Below are positions 28,703-38,600 of a stretch of DNA of 64,000 nt, one piece after another (the first letter of the stretch is position 1; every line of letters begins with the position of its first letter). A program made the translations under genes and the position numbers. This DNA comes from Caldisericia bacterium. Lineage in GTDB: Bacteria > Caldisericota > Caldisericia > JAAYUI01. The notes below the pieces were generated by a model. It was not told where the DNA came from and made no database searches. It worked only from the letters and a program-made list of their open reading frames with translations. The DNA lies in contig OY771555.1 of NCBI GenBank assembly GCA_963674785.1, forward strand, positions 352,001 to 416,000, read 5' to 3'.

Positions 28703-29632
28703 TCAATCGCTATTCTCAGTCATTGGTAAATAAAGAATCATATCGGTATCACCGAAATCCTCATAATGCTTTTTATGGGTGAATGTCTCTTCTCTCCAGT
28801 GAAGATCACTGTCGCTGCAACAATATTTACCACCTTTTCTCCTGCTTGCCCAGCCAATCATTTTATTCCAGGCATTACGCATATCCTTGAACTTGAATTT
28901 ATATGTTCCAAACCTGCCTGCGTGAAGGGTTTTAATGGGGAATGGGAAACACTCATCTTCACTCCAATCATCAGGGATTGTTATGCAGAATTCATAACCA
29001 TAGAGTTTCTCACCCTCTCTTGGGTCAGGCCAGTTATATCCAAATATCCTGGTACCATCAATATCCAGAAGTCCAACTCTTTTTGCCCAACCACTGATTG
29101 TCTTAAATGAAAGGTCTTCTGGTGATTCACTGATGATTTTATAATAAACCACTCTCATTTCAGGCAGTGTTACTTCAACAACATCACTATATTCATCAAT
29201 TATTTCATCTTTTATATTCACTTTCATTCTCCTCTTTATCTCCTTTGAAAGCAAAGCATTCCCACCTTCAAATAAATCAACTCTATCTAATAATCTTTGA
29301 ATCTTTATCCCAGAAAGCTTTATGAATCCGGGGGTTACCGCAAATACAGATTTAAATGCTCTTGTAAAAGCCTCTTGTGAGCCGTATCCATAATCAAATG
29401 CAACATCAATAAGCTTTCTGTCGTGTTCAAGATAATCTGTAATTGCTTCTGAAAGTCTTCGGAGCCTGATGTATTCACCAATACTCCATCCAGTTAGAGA
29501 CCCAAAGATCCGGTATCCATGAGTTACTGAATAACCCGAAACCGAAATAGCATCATCGGCTGTCAATTCACGCTTCAGATTCTCTTCGATGTAATCAAGT
29601 ACTTTTTGGATTTTTTCAAGATCATTTTCCAC
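28703..29632 (-). CDS. AraC family regulator with GyrI-like effector domain
   Basis: 'DYIEENL', 'EYIRLRRLSEA' and 'YGYGSQEAFTRAFK'; C-terminal GyrI-like region. Confidence 0.9.
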   Translation of the reverse strand: MENDLEKIQKVLDYIEENLKRELTADDAISVSGYSVTHGYRIFGSLTGWSIGEYIRLRRLSEAITDYLEHDRKLIDVAFDYGYGSQEAFTRAFKSVFAVTPGFIKLSGIKIQRLLDRVDLFEGGNALLSKEIKRRMKVNIKDEIIDEYSDVVEVTLPEMRVVYYKIISESPEDLSFKTISGWAKRVGLLDIDGTRIFGYNWPDPREGEKLYGYEFCITIPDDWSEDECFPFPIKTLHAGRFGTYKFKFKDMRNAWNKMIGWASRRKGGKYCCSDSDLHWREETFTHKKHYEDFGDTDMILYLPMTENSD

Positions 29633-29767
29633 GAAAAATACTATACCATGAATTCTTTTGCTGTCTTGATAATTTTTACCATGTTTATTTTTTTGAAATG
29701 TTTTTCACTCGAATATGTTTTCCGAAAACTACTTTTCATATAATATATACCTAAGGGGGTAACAATT

Positions 29768-31693
29768 GTGAAAGATTGGAAGATTTTTCTGGCGATGTTT
29801 CTTGTTGTTGTTCTTGTTTCAGGCTGTGGTGCAGACACAGAAAAAGCGGAATTGATTTTTGAGAAGGAATCAAATGATACCAAAGTTGATTCGCAGGTCG
29901 ATAATGAAAGTGATACAAATCCAAAGAATATCGACATCCAACCCACCTGTGATGATTGGATAACAACCTGGAAGGACGACCCAAGTAGCAATCTGAAAAA
30001 GGTCTCTCTTCAAAACTTTGATGAAGTAACAATGATTATCAGCGTTATGAATCCTTGCAAGGAAAAGAGGACATTATATCCCGACATCTATGAGAAACCA
30101 AGGAGAGACTTGGAATTTAAATTTGATAATGAAAGCTATGAAATTGAACCAGGGGAGACTGTCGATATTCCTCTAACAGTTTCGATAACTCCCGATGTAG
30201 AATCATTTCTTGAAGAATATACAATCTATATAGATTTACTGAAGAAACAAGGGTTGAAAAGCTCAAATCCTCTCAAGCTTCAAATTGATTACTCATTTGC
30301 ACAGATTGGAAAAGAGAGGTTTTGCACAAGGCTCATTCCTATGTCAAATGAAAAACAACACAACAGAATTTATAATTTTTTCCACATAAATGATAGTCAA
30401 GTAGTTCTTTCAAATTTCCAACTTGCGCCAGGTGCTGATTGGATGTTTTACACAAAAGGTGTCCCATTTTTGAGATCGATTGATACTAAAACTGGAGAAG
30501 TTCAATGGGAATATTTCCCAGATGATTTGCCAGCACCGATGTGGTACAAAATTATTGATAACAAGCTCTATTTAAAAACTCATGGTTCAGACCCAAACAA
30601 TTTTAGCTTCGAAGATTCTGAGTTCATAAGTATAAATTTGAAAGATGGCAAGAATATTTTCAGACACAACATCAAAAGAACCACTATTTATCATGTCCCA
30701 AATGAAGCGTTTTACTTTGTTGACGGTTTTGGAGAGGAGGAGAGTGGGAATACATATGTCCAGGTAGGCGTAAAATCAGGCGGATGTTTCTATAAAAATG
30801 ATTTCAGCCAGGTTTATAAAACTCTTGAGAATGGAGTAGATATAAGATTCATTGATAATGGTGAAAATTATGAAAGTGATGAGAGAAAAGTAACCATAAA
30901 AAGAGTTGACCCAGAAACCAATCAAACACTATGGCAAATAGACGATAGATACAAATATGCAGTTCCTTTCAGTTACCGTTTCAATCATCCATCTCCCCAA
31001 CCATCTGTTTGGCACCTGAAAGGTGGCGAAGCTGGGTTATTCTATGGCGACTGCATGTGGTTTTACACTCCTCAAAAATATGAATACTTTGCATACAGCA
31101 ATAATACAGAATTTGGCGGTTTGGGTGAAGGCAATTTTATGGCCTATTGTGACGGGGTTGGTTGTCTGGATATTGAGAACGGCAAAATTGTTTGGGAACA
31201 AGATGGATTTGGAAGATTTCAAGTTCTCAATGGTTTACCAATCTCCACTTTTTTTGAGGATAAACTCATTATAAGCAGAACGGAATTCAATGAAGAGAAA
31301 CAGGAGAAAGAATGGCCAAATTACTATATCTCAAAGAAGACTGGAGAAATCTTGGATAGAGTAGTCTCAGATTGCACATCTAAGTACAATTCTCCTGATC
31401 CAGGGGGTTTTGAATACTATATACCAATAGGCGATTACTATTCTCCCGAACAATACCATATCAGACATCTCTATATAAAGAAAGACTGGAGTAGCAACGA
31501 TTTTGAGCAATATGCAGTTAGATTCATAAAACAAGAGAAGAATTTCGAAGACAGAAAAGTTCATTACCAGCTAGTATTAAATCCAGAAGATTTCAACACC
31601 GAGAACTTTGCAGAGATTAGTTACATCGATGGCGGGAACTGCATCTACTTTATTCTTGATGATGTGTTATATTGTTTTGATAAAGAGAAATAG
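29768..31693 (+). CDS. Lipoprotein with an Ig-like domain and a PQQ-like propeller
   Basis: Lipobox VSGC; 'IDTKTGEVQWE' and 'CLDIENGKIVWE'; paralog of 16629..19031. Confidence 0.75.
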   Translation: MKDWKIFLAMFLVVVLVSGCGADTEKAELIFEKESNDTKVDSQVDNESDTNPKNIDIQPTCDDWITTWKDDPSSNLKKVSLQNFDEVTMIISVMNPCKEKRTLYPDIYEKPRRDLEFKFDNESYEIEPGETVDIPLTVSITPDVESFLEEYTIYIDLLKKQGLKSSNPLKLQIDYSFAQIGKERFCTRLIPMSNEKQHNRIYNFFHINDSQVVLSNFQLAPGADWMFYTKGVPFLRSIDTKTGEVQWEYFPDDLPAPMWYKIIDNKLYLKTHGSDPNNFSFEDSEFISINLKDGKNIFRHNIKRTTIYHVPNEAFYFVDGFGEEESGNTYVQVGVKSGGCFYKNDFSQVYKTLENGVDIRFIDNGENYESDERKVTIKRVDPETNQTLWQIDDRYKYAVPFSYRFNHPSPQPSVWHLKGGEAGLFYGDCMWFYTPQKYEYFAYSNNTEFGGLGEGNFMAYCDGVGCLDIENGKIVWEQDGFGRFQVLNGLPISTFFEDKLIISRTEFNEEKQEKEWPNYYISKKTGEILDRVVSDCTSKYNSPDPGGFEYYIPIGDYYSPEQYHIRHLYIKKDWSSNDFEQYAVRFIKQEKNFEDRKVHYQLVLNPEDFNTENFAEISYIDGGNCIYFILDDVLYCFDKEK

Positions 31694-31701
31694 CTAGGAA
31701 C

Positions 31702-32274
31702 CTACTTCAACCCTTTATAAAGCTCCCAGAGTGGGCCTGGGAATTTGGTACTGGAACGGTAGTCAGGTTCCCAGAAAACCCTTGCTTCAATGCGTCTACT
31801 GCCTGGGAGTTTCGTGTCGTTCGGGATTTTTTCAAGGATTGTGATTCTCTTGCTTCTTGCGAGTTTGATGTCGATTCTGAAGTATGCAGGGCTTTTACGC
31901 TTTTCAACCTCAAAGGCATTCTGTTGTTTTGTCTGAATATATGCGTTGAAATAAAATGGCCCTTTGAAAACCTTGTCTCCCCAAACTGAACTCAGTTTGA
32001 GAACATCACGTTCACCTTCACTGCTTATATATTCAATGTTGGTTTTAGCAAGCTTTTCATAGAAAATTGCAATTATCAGAAGCAAAAGGACTGCAAATCC
32101 CATTATCGAATAAAGGACAATTTCTGTGATTCTTGTGTAAACATAGACCCCAAATGTTGAAAAAAGAACTATCAATAAAGGCACAATTAGCCCCAATAAT
32201 GTTATGAACTCAGCCCATATTGTGACTCTTGTCGCGTAATACTTGCCTGATATACTCTTTTCCATATCATTCAT
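31702..32274 (-). CDS. Hypothetical 2-TM membrane protein
   Basis: Two hydrophobic helices; GAGG SD; follows gpmI. Confidence 0.7.
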   Translation of the reverse strand: MNDMEKSISGKYYATRVTIWAEFITLLGLIVPLLIVLFSTFGVYVYTRITEIVLYSIMGFAVLLLLIIAIFYEKLAKTNIEYISSEGERDVLKLSSVWGDKVFKGPFYFNAYIQTKQQNAFEVEKRKSPAYFRIDIKLARSKRITILEKIPNDTKLPGSRRIEARVFWEPDYRSSTKFPGPLWELYKGLK

Positions 32275-32306
32275 GATAATTGATTACCTCAACAAATTCA
32301 ATAAGT

Positions 32307-33842
32307 TCACCTACCATCTGCAACTAAAACTGAGTCTTTCATGCCTGAAGGTTTCTTTAGATTCAAAAGATGAAGCACAAGTCCTGCAACATCTGCAAGC
32401 CCTCCACCTTCTGGCAGGTAGTCCACTTTGTTTTCAGGCGTGGGGATAAGGATGCAAGGGACTGGGTTTGTTGTGTGTGCTGTGTATGGCAGTCTGTCTT
32501 CATCAAGGTTTTTTTCGGCATTTCCGTGATCGGCGATAATAATGGTATTGTAATTGTTTTTTATCGCGGCATCTGTGACATTTTTCACAGATTTATCAAC
32601 CTGGTCTACAGCCTTAATTATCGCAGGGATTATACCGGTGTGTCCAACCATATCACAGTTTGCAAAATTGCACACAATCAGGTTGTATTTGTCAGCTTCA
32701 ATTGCAGAAATGAGTTTTTCCTCGACCTCAGGGGCTGACATCTCTGGTTTCAAATCATATGTTGCAACTTTTGGCGACGGGACAAGTATCCGGTCTTCCC
32801 CCTCATACTGTTGCTCCCTACCACCGTTTAGAAAGTATGTGACATGTGCGTATTTTTCAGTCTCTGCAATTCGAAGTTGTGTCATTCCAGCATCAGAGAC
32901 AACACTTCCAAGGGTTGCCTCAATTTTTTGAGCAAGCATCTCTTCTGTAAAGATTATTGGAAGTGTGAAACTGCTATCGTACTCTGCCATGCAGGTATAA
33001 CCGATTTTAGTAAATTTATCTCTTTCAAACTCAGAGAAATTTTGCTCTGTCAAAGCTCTTGTGAGCTGCCTTGCTCTGTCGGGCCGGAAGTTGAAAAAAA
33101 TGAACTGGTCACCCTCATTGAGACCTGTATAATCACCAATCACACAGGGTTTCACAAACTCATCTGTAATATCTTTGTCATAGGCAGCGGAAACAGCATC
33201 TTCGGCTTTATCGAACTTTTCACCCTTGCCATCTGCCACAAGGTCATAACCAAGCTTTGTTCGCTCCCACCTATTGTCTCTGTCCATCGCATAATATCTT
33301 CCGCAGACAGTGGCGATTCTCCCGACACCTATGCTTTCAAGCTTTTCTTCAATCTGACCAATATACTCAAGACCAGACTTTGGTGGGGTGTCTCTTCCAT
33401 CAAGGAAGGTATGGATACAGATGTTTTCCACACCGTGATTCTTTGCAGTTCTGATAATCTCATACAGGTGTTCAAGGCTCGAGTGAACTCCACCCTCCGA
33501 TGCCAGCCCACCGATATGAAGGGTTTTGCCTTTGGCACTCTCAATCGCCTCAAGAAGTGTAGGGTTTTTCGAAAGCTCCCCACTTGTAACGGCGTTATTG
33601 ATGACTGTGAGTTTCTGATAAACAACCTTACCCGCACCAAGATTCAGATGTCCAACCTCAGAGTTTCCCATCTGACCATCTGGAAGCCCAACAGCAAGCC
33701 CATCTGTTCTGATGGTTGTTGATGGGTATTTTTTCATGAGCTTGAATATGTTTTTTGCCCCAGACTTATAGATTGCGTTTCCCTCTCCGGGAGCACCCAG
33801 CCCAAACCCGTCGAGTATGAGTAGTAATACTTTTTTGTTCAT
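32307..33842 (-). CDS. gpmI: 2,3-bisphosphoglycerate-independent phosphoglycerate mutase
   Basis: LILDGFG, QMGNSEVGH, GRYYAMDRD, NCDMVGHTG and ADHGNAE motifs. Confidence 0.97.
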   Translation of the reverse strand: MNKKVLLLILDGFGLGAPGEGNAIYKSGAKNIFKLMKKYPSTTIRTDGLAVGLPDGQMGNSEVGHLNLGAGKVVYQKLTVINNAVTSGELSKNPTLLEAIESAKGKTLHIGGLASEGGVHSSLEHLYEIIRTAKNHGVENICIHTFLDGRDTPPKSGLEYIGQIEEKLESIGVGRIATVCGRYYAMDRDNRWERTKLGYDLVADGKGEKFDKAEDAVSAAYDKDITDEFVKPCVIGDYTGLNEGDQFIFFNFRPDRARQLTRALTEQNFSEFERDKFTKIGYTCMAEYDSSFTLPIIFTEEMLAQKIEATLGSVVSDAGMTQLRIAETEKYAHVTYFLNGGREQQYEGEDRILVPSPKVATYDLKPEMSAPEVEEKLISAIEADKYNLIVCNFANCDMVGHTGIIPAIIKAVDQVDKSVKNVTDAAIKNNYNTIIIADHGNAEKNLDEDRLPYTAHTTNPVPCILIPTPENKVDYLPEGGGLADVAGLVLHLLNLKKPSGMKDSVLVADGR

Positions 33843-33931
33843 GGGTAGTATATTAGCGGTGAAATGTGTGGAGAGTGTTAATTAATGGGAAGAGTTCTGA
33901 ATGTGGGTTATGTTGTTCCAGAAATCTGGTG

Positions 33932-34013
33932 ACCATTTTGTTGGCTCCTACAAAATGGTAGAGATGTTGTGCTATACAATTGTTGATCGTTTTCCTGATA
34001 CCAGAAAAACGAT
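33932..34013. repeat. Two 28-bp imperfect palindromes
   Basis: ACCATTTTGT-8-ACAAAATGGT (33932..33959) and ATCGTTTT.CTG-4-CAG.AAAACGAT (33986..34013). Confidence 0.6.
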
Positions 34014-34124
34014 AGTACTCCCCTTTATATCTTAGAATCGTTTCTGGTAGCTCAGTATTCTACCATTCCAGAATGTACTTTTATTTTATCATAATCTTCT
34101 TTAGATACAGTCATTCCACATATG

Positions 34125-34295
34125 CTACAAAATGTTTCCGTTGCATCTTTTAAGGCAGCAATGGCAATTCTTGATATCTCTTTTCTTTTTTTTGCAGAAA
34201 ATGTCCAAAGTGATAACACTATTCACTATGTTAAGTGACAATCGGTGTTTATTCTGAAATTCTAATCCTTTGTCAGGAAGCTCATTCTTGCTCAA
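34125..34295 (-). CDS. Small hypothetical ORF or gene remnant
   Basis: GGAGG SD before TTG 34295; 56 codons; basic, Cys-rich tail may be out of frame. Confidence 0.3.
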   Translation of the reverse strand: MSKNELPDKGLEFQNKHRLSLNIVNSVITLDIFCKKKKRDIKNCHCCLKRCNGNIL

Positions 34296-34336
34296 AACAA
34301 CCTCCAAGAGGGTGATATTGTTGTTTGATGCCTAAT

Positions 34337-34588
34337 TTATAGCGACCACTGAATATTTTTTATGAATTCATTAAACTGCGAAATGTCAGTGTTTCCATCA
34401 GCAATGTGCTTCATCATTTCATATCCCTTCGGATTCTTTTTGTCGAACACAAACCAGACATCAAAACCCATAAACTTGATAGTAAGTCTAGTGTTCTTGT
34501 TGATTACTGTCATTCTCTGGATTTGATCTATATTGATTACGATAGGTGTAGATTTGTCCATATTACTGAATTCAATAAATTTTGGCAT
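34337..34588 (-). CDS. Small hypothetical protein
   Basis: AGGAG SD; 83 aa. Confidence 0.65.
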   Translation of the reverse strand: MPKFIEFSNMDKSTPIVINIDQIQRMTVINKNTRLTIKFMGFDVWFVFDKKNPKGYEMMKHIADGNTDISQFNEFIKNIQWSL

Positions 34589-34627
34589 TTTTATCTCCTT
34601 AAAGCTTTATTTGTTATAAGCAAAAAA

Positions 34628-34882
34628 CTATATCTCTTTGATGATCCCAGCTTCTTTTAACCCATTCACGACCTTTTCATATACTTCATCCCGTTCTTTT
34701 TCAGTTTCAAATTCCCAAATTTGGAAATACTTATTCTGATGATTGATAAATTTTATAGCAAAATCACAATCCTGAACAATACGCGTTCTAATCGGAATCG
34801 GCATTCTAATAGGACCTTTTTCAAAGTCTGATATCAAATCAACCTCAACCCTTGGATAACCATTATATTCAATCCATTTCAT
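34628..34882 (-). CDS. Small hypothetical protein
   Basis: GAGGAGG SD before ATG 34882. Confidence 0.65.
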   Translation of the reverse strand: MKWIEYNGYPRVEVDLISDFEKGPIRMPIPIRTRIVQDCDFAIKFINHQNKYFQIWEFETEKERDEVYEKVVNGLKEAGIIKEI

Positions 34883-35033
34883 GTGCACCTCCTCTTACAT
34901 TGTATAAAATAATCAGCAAATAAAAACGACATTTATTATCTATATTTAATAATATTTTACAAATTTTGTATTTTATACTACAGTATTATTTCATGTAATA
35001 TAATTGCATTGATGATAGCAAAGAGGAAAAAAG

Positions 35034-35585
35034 ATGGATAAATTATTCGACTGCCTAAAAGAAACAATACCTTTTTTGGCTTTAATTGTAGCAATATGTG
35101 TAGGTGTATCTAGCATAAGAATTGCTAAAAGGGCGATGGAATCATCAAGACTTATTGACTTTCTCTCTATGTATAAATCACTTAACATCACTCAAAACCT
35201 AAGTATTTTGAAGAAGTCGCATATTCTTGAAATGCCAAAATTTATAACCTTTTACAAGAATGAGGTAAGAAGCAATGGTACAGTTCAGAAACCTTTGCCA
35301 GATGAGTATTCACAGATATATGACATAATGGAATCTGTTTTCTTTGAGCTTGTTTTAACAAACCAGATAATGACAACATTAGGGATAAAAACTGATGATA
35401 TTGTTTCGACACTTATCCCCGATATTGCAAAATATCGCATTATCACAGATAAAATACTTAAAGATATGGAAATTGACCCTGTATATAAGGATGGGATTCA
35501 TAAGTATCTCGAGTTGCTAGATTCTGCAAAGAAAACTGCAAAGAAAAATGGGTTAAAATTTGAACATCTAACGCTCTCACAATAA
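35034..35585 (+). CDS. Hypothetical protein with an N-terminal TM helix
   Basis: GAGG SD; TM at about residues 12-28. Confidence 0.65.
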   Translation: MDKLFDCLKETIPFLALIVAICVGVSSIRIAKRAMESSRLIDFLSMYKSLNITQNLSILKKSHILEMPKFITFYKNEVRSNGTVQKPLPDEYSQIYDIMESVFFELVLTNQIMTTLGIKTDDIVSTLIPDIAKYRIITDKILKDMEIDPVYKDGIHKYLELLDSAKKTAKKNGLKFEHLTLSQ

Positions 35586-35615
35586 AAAACCGCCCGATCC
35601 TATTTCGGGCGGTTT
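35584..35615. terminator. Bidirectional terminator
   Basis: AAACCGCCCGA-7-TCGGGCGGTTT between convergent genes. Confidence 0.8.
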
Positions 35616-35647
35616 GATGAAATATGGCTTATGTAGCCACCTATAGG

Positions 35648-38600
35648 CTACATAATGATAGTTACTGTCTTAGTCTCACCATCCCACTGGACTTCTGCAC
35701 CAAACATCTCTGACATAAACCTGATTGGAACCATGGTTCTGTCATTTGTTATCTCTGGTGCCTGAAGCATCTCAGTGGATTTTCCGTTTACAACAGCGTC
35801 TTTTCGATCGACTCTGCAGATGATGATATCATCCCCACGTCTGAGGGTGATTCTTCTATCTGTCGCATTCCAATCAAGTGAAGCACCAAACTGCTCAGTG
35901 ATGACACGAAGAGGAACCATTGTCGTGCCATCTTTGATGTATGGCGGAGCGTCGATAAGCATATTCTCGCCATTTACGGAGATATATCCCATTCCAATGA
36001 TGAGCTTGATGACAGTTTTTGCATCTGGAAGTTTGACCTTGGTGACTATCGTCTTTGTACCCTTCTGGTCATATACAAGTGCAACGCTCGCATCAAGCTC
36101 AATGTCCTTGCATGTTGCAATCACATCACCCTGATAGATTCGGGTTGTTGCTGTGAGCTGGAATCTCAGAACTTCATCTTTTGTTTTGATGAAAAGAATT
36201 GAGTTGTCACAATCAACAAACACAACATTTCCAACAACTGTGAGGTCTTCCTTGAGTTCACCAAGGGATTCAATTGTTGTTGCATTGAAGATGAATTCAT
36301 TTGCAACATCAAATGCACCAACAACGCTGAGTTCGCCGGCACCGGAAAGGTCAGCAATTGTTCCTTCTTTACCAAAGGCAAGGATTGATGTTGATGATGT
36401 ATATTTGACCATGACAAATCTTGTGCCATCATCATCTGACACCTTCAACCAGATGCTCTGTCTGGATGTATCAATATCCATGAGTTCGCCTTCGATTTTT
36501 CCATCGCTGTCAATTTCACTTGTCGCTGAAATATCATTTGCATTAACAAAAAGGTCAAATGGGTCAAGCATTCCATCAACTGTTATGCTTGCACCAGAGA
36601 GAAGATCAGCACATGTTGCATCTTTCCCCTCAAGGCTGATTGTTGTTTTTTCATCAATCTTGATGAGGATGTATTTTCCTTCTGGGTCGTCATTTGATGT
36701 TTCGATCCAAAGGAGCTTTTTGTCACAGTACACATCCTTGATGACACCTTTTTTGAGTGTCTGGATTGCCTGTCTTGCTGAAAGCGAGATGTTGTTTGTG
36801 GTCAAGACATTGTTGATTGGGTCGATTGAACCCTCAAGCTCCATGATGACACCGGCTCTGAGGTTTTCGAGCGTGAGCTTTTTGTCTCTGTAGGCAAAGG
36901 TCGTTGTTGGGTCGATGTTTATGAGCATGTAGCCTTCATCATCAGCAACCGAGAAGAGTACAATATCCTCTGAAATCTTCTGAAGTCGTACCCATCCAGT
37001 TGACTTATCAACTTCAATGATTTTTCCTGTGACTGTGATTGGCTGAGATGACACTGGAAGCAACTCGATTTGTGTTGCGACGACTTCATTTCCATCACCC
37101 ATGATACCGGTTACCTTAATGAGGTACCCTTCACTGATTTTTTCTGGGTTAATCTCGCCTTGTTTATAATAATGTGTGGTTTCTTCATTGAGAGTGATCT
37201 TCATCTTTGTGCCAGCATTGTATTCATCAATTGCTGTTATGATTCCTGAGTCAACATTGACAGATTCAACTGTAAGTACTGACTGGTAGTCTGCACCAGA
37301 CTGGCTTTCACTTCCAGAGCCTGATCCGCCATCATCACCGCCATCATCACCGCCGCCTGAAGGTGGTTGTGGTGCTGGAGTTCCTCCACCACCACTTCCT
37401 GGAGGAGCAATTGGAGGTGTTCCACCACTGCCAGGTGGAAGGCTACTATTATCAGTCTGCGCGATTATTTTCACAGCAATGAGATTTCCGTATTCATCTT
37501 CTTCATACAAAACTGTGATTGTCATTGGAGGTTCAAGATCGTAGCAAGATCCGACAGTTCCGTCTACAATAATCTCAGTATCAGCATCAATTATGAAGAG
37601 GTACTGTTTTCCATCAGAACCCTCTACAATAATCTTGTTCTGCCAGCAAAGCGCAACTATAAGGTCACCTGACACATAATCATCATCGGTCTCTTCTTCA
37701 ATTTCCTCTGTTTCACCGGTAAGTGTGACTGAGTAAACAACAATATCTCCTGTTTCAGGATCGCAGTTGCCTTTTATTATAACAACCATCCCAACTCTGA
37801 GAGCAGAGCACGTAACTGGGTATCCATTATACTGAAGAACAGCATTTGTGATCTCAAACTGGTAAACCTCATCACCAATAATTACTGTAAGAATTGATGT
37901 TGCACCGCAGGAAACTGCTTTTATTACACCTGTCTTTTCAAATGGACCATTGCATTCATCGTCATCATCGCCCTCGGCATCTTCATCTATCTCAACAATA
38001 AGGGCGATATAGATATCTTCATTTGGAACCTCAATACCAAGGACTGAGACTGTGTCACCAAGACTGATGTCTTCGCAGTAAATGGCTATTCCATCTTTTA
38101 CAAACTGTGTATCTTCAAGCTGGAATGTGATCTTTCCACTGGATGTCATAATCGTGAGGGTTCTTTCTGTACAGTCAATACCTACAACTGTTCCTGACCA
38201 CATATCTTTTTCTTCTGGGTTTTCCTCATCACCAGAGGAATCAAATGCTGCATCAACAGCATCTAGTCTATCATCCACAAGATAACCTGTGGCATGTACC
38301 AAATCTCCAACTTCAAGATCATCACAGGTGACCAGGTATCCATCCTTTGAAAAAGTTGCTGGAAGTGATACGGTTATAATAGCATCTTCAGTTTTGACGG
38401 TTATTTCATTTTCGTCACAGTTTTTAGATTTGATAATTCCGGAAATTGTTACCAATTCTGGGTCTTCTTCAGCTGGTGTGTCAAAAGCGGCACCAGTTGC
38501 ATCGATTCTTCCATCATCAAGGTAACCGGTAACTATTGCAAGATCACCCACCTCAAGGTCTTCACAAGTTACAACTTCACCATCTTTTGTGAAAGATTCT

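Noticed and set aside
32844-33722. 292-aa plus-strand ORF
   Set aside because: Antisense shadow of gpmI; the same applies to most short overlapping ORFs in the track
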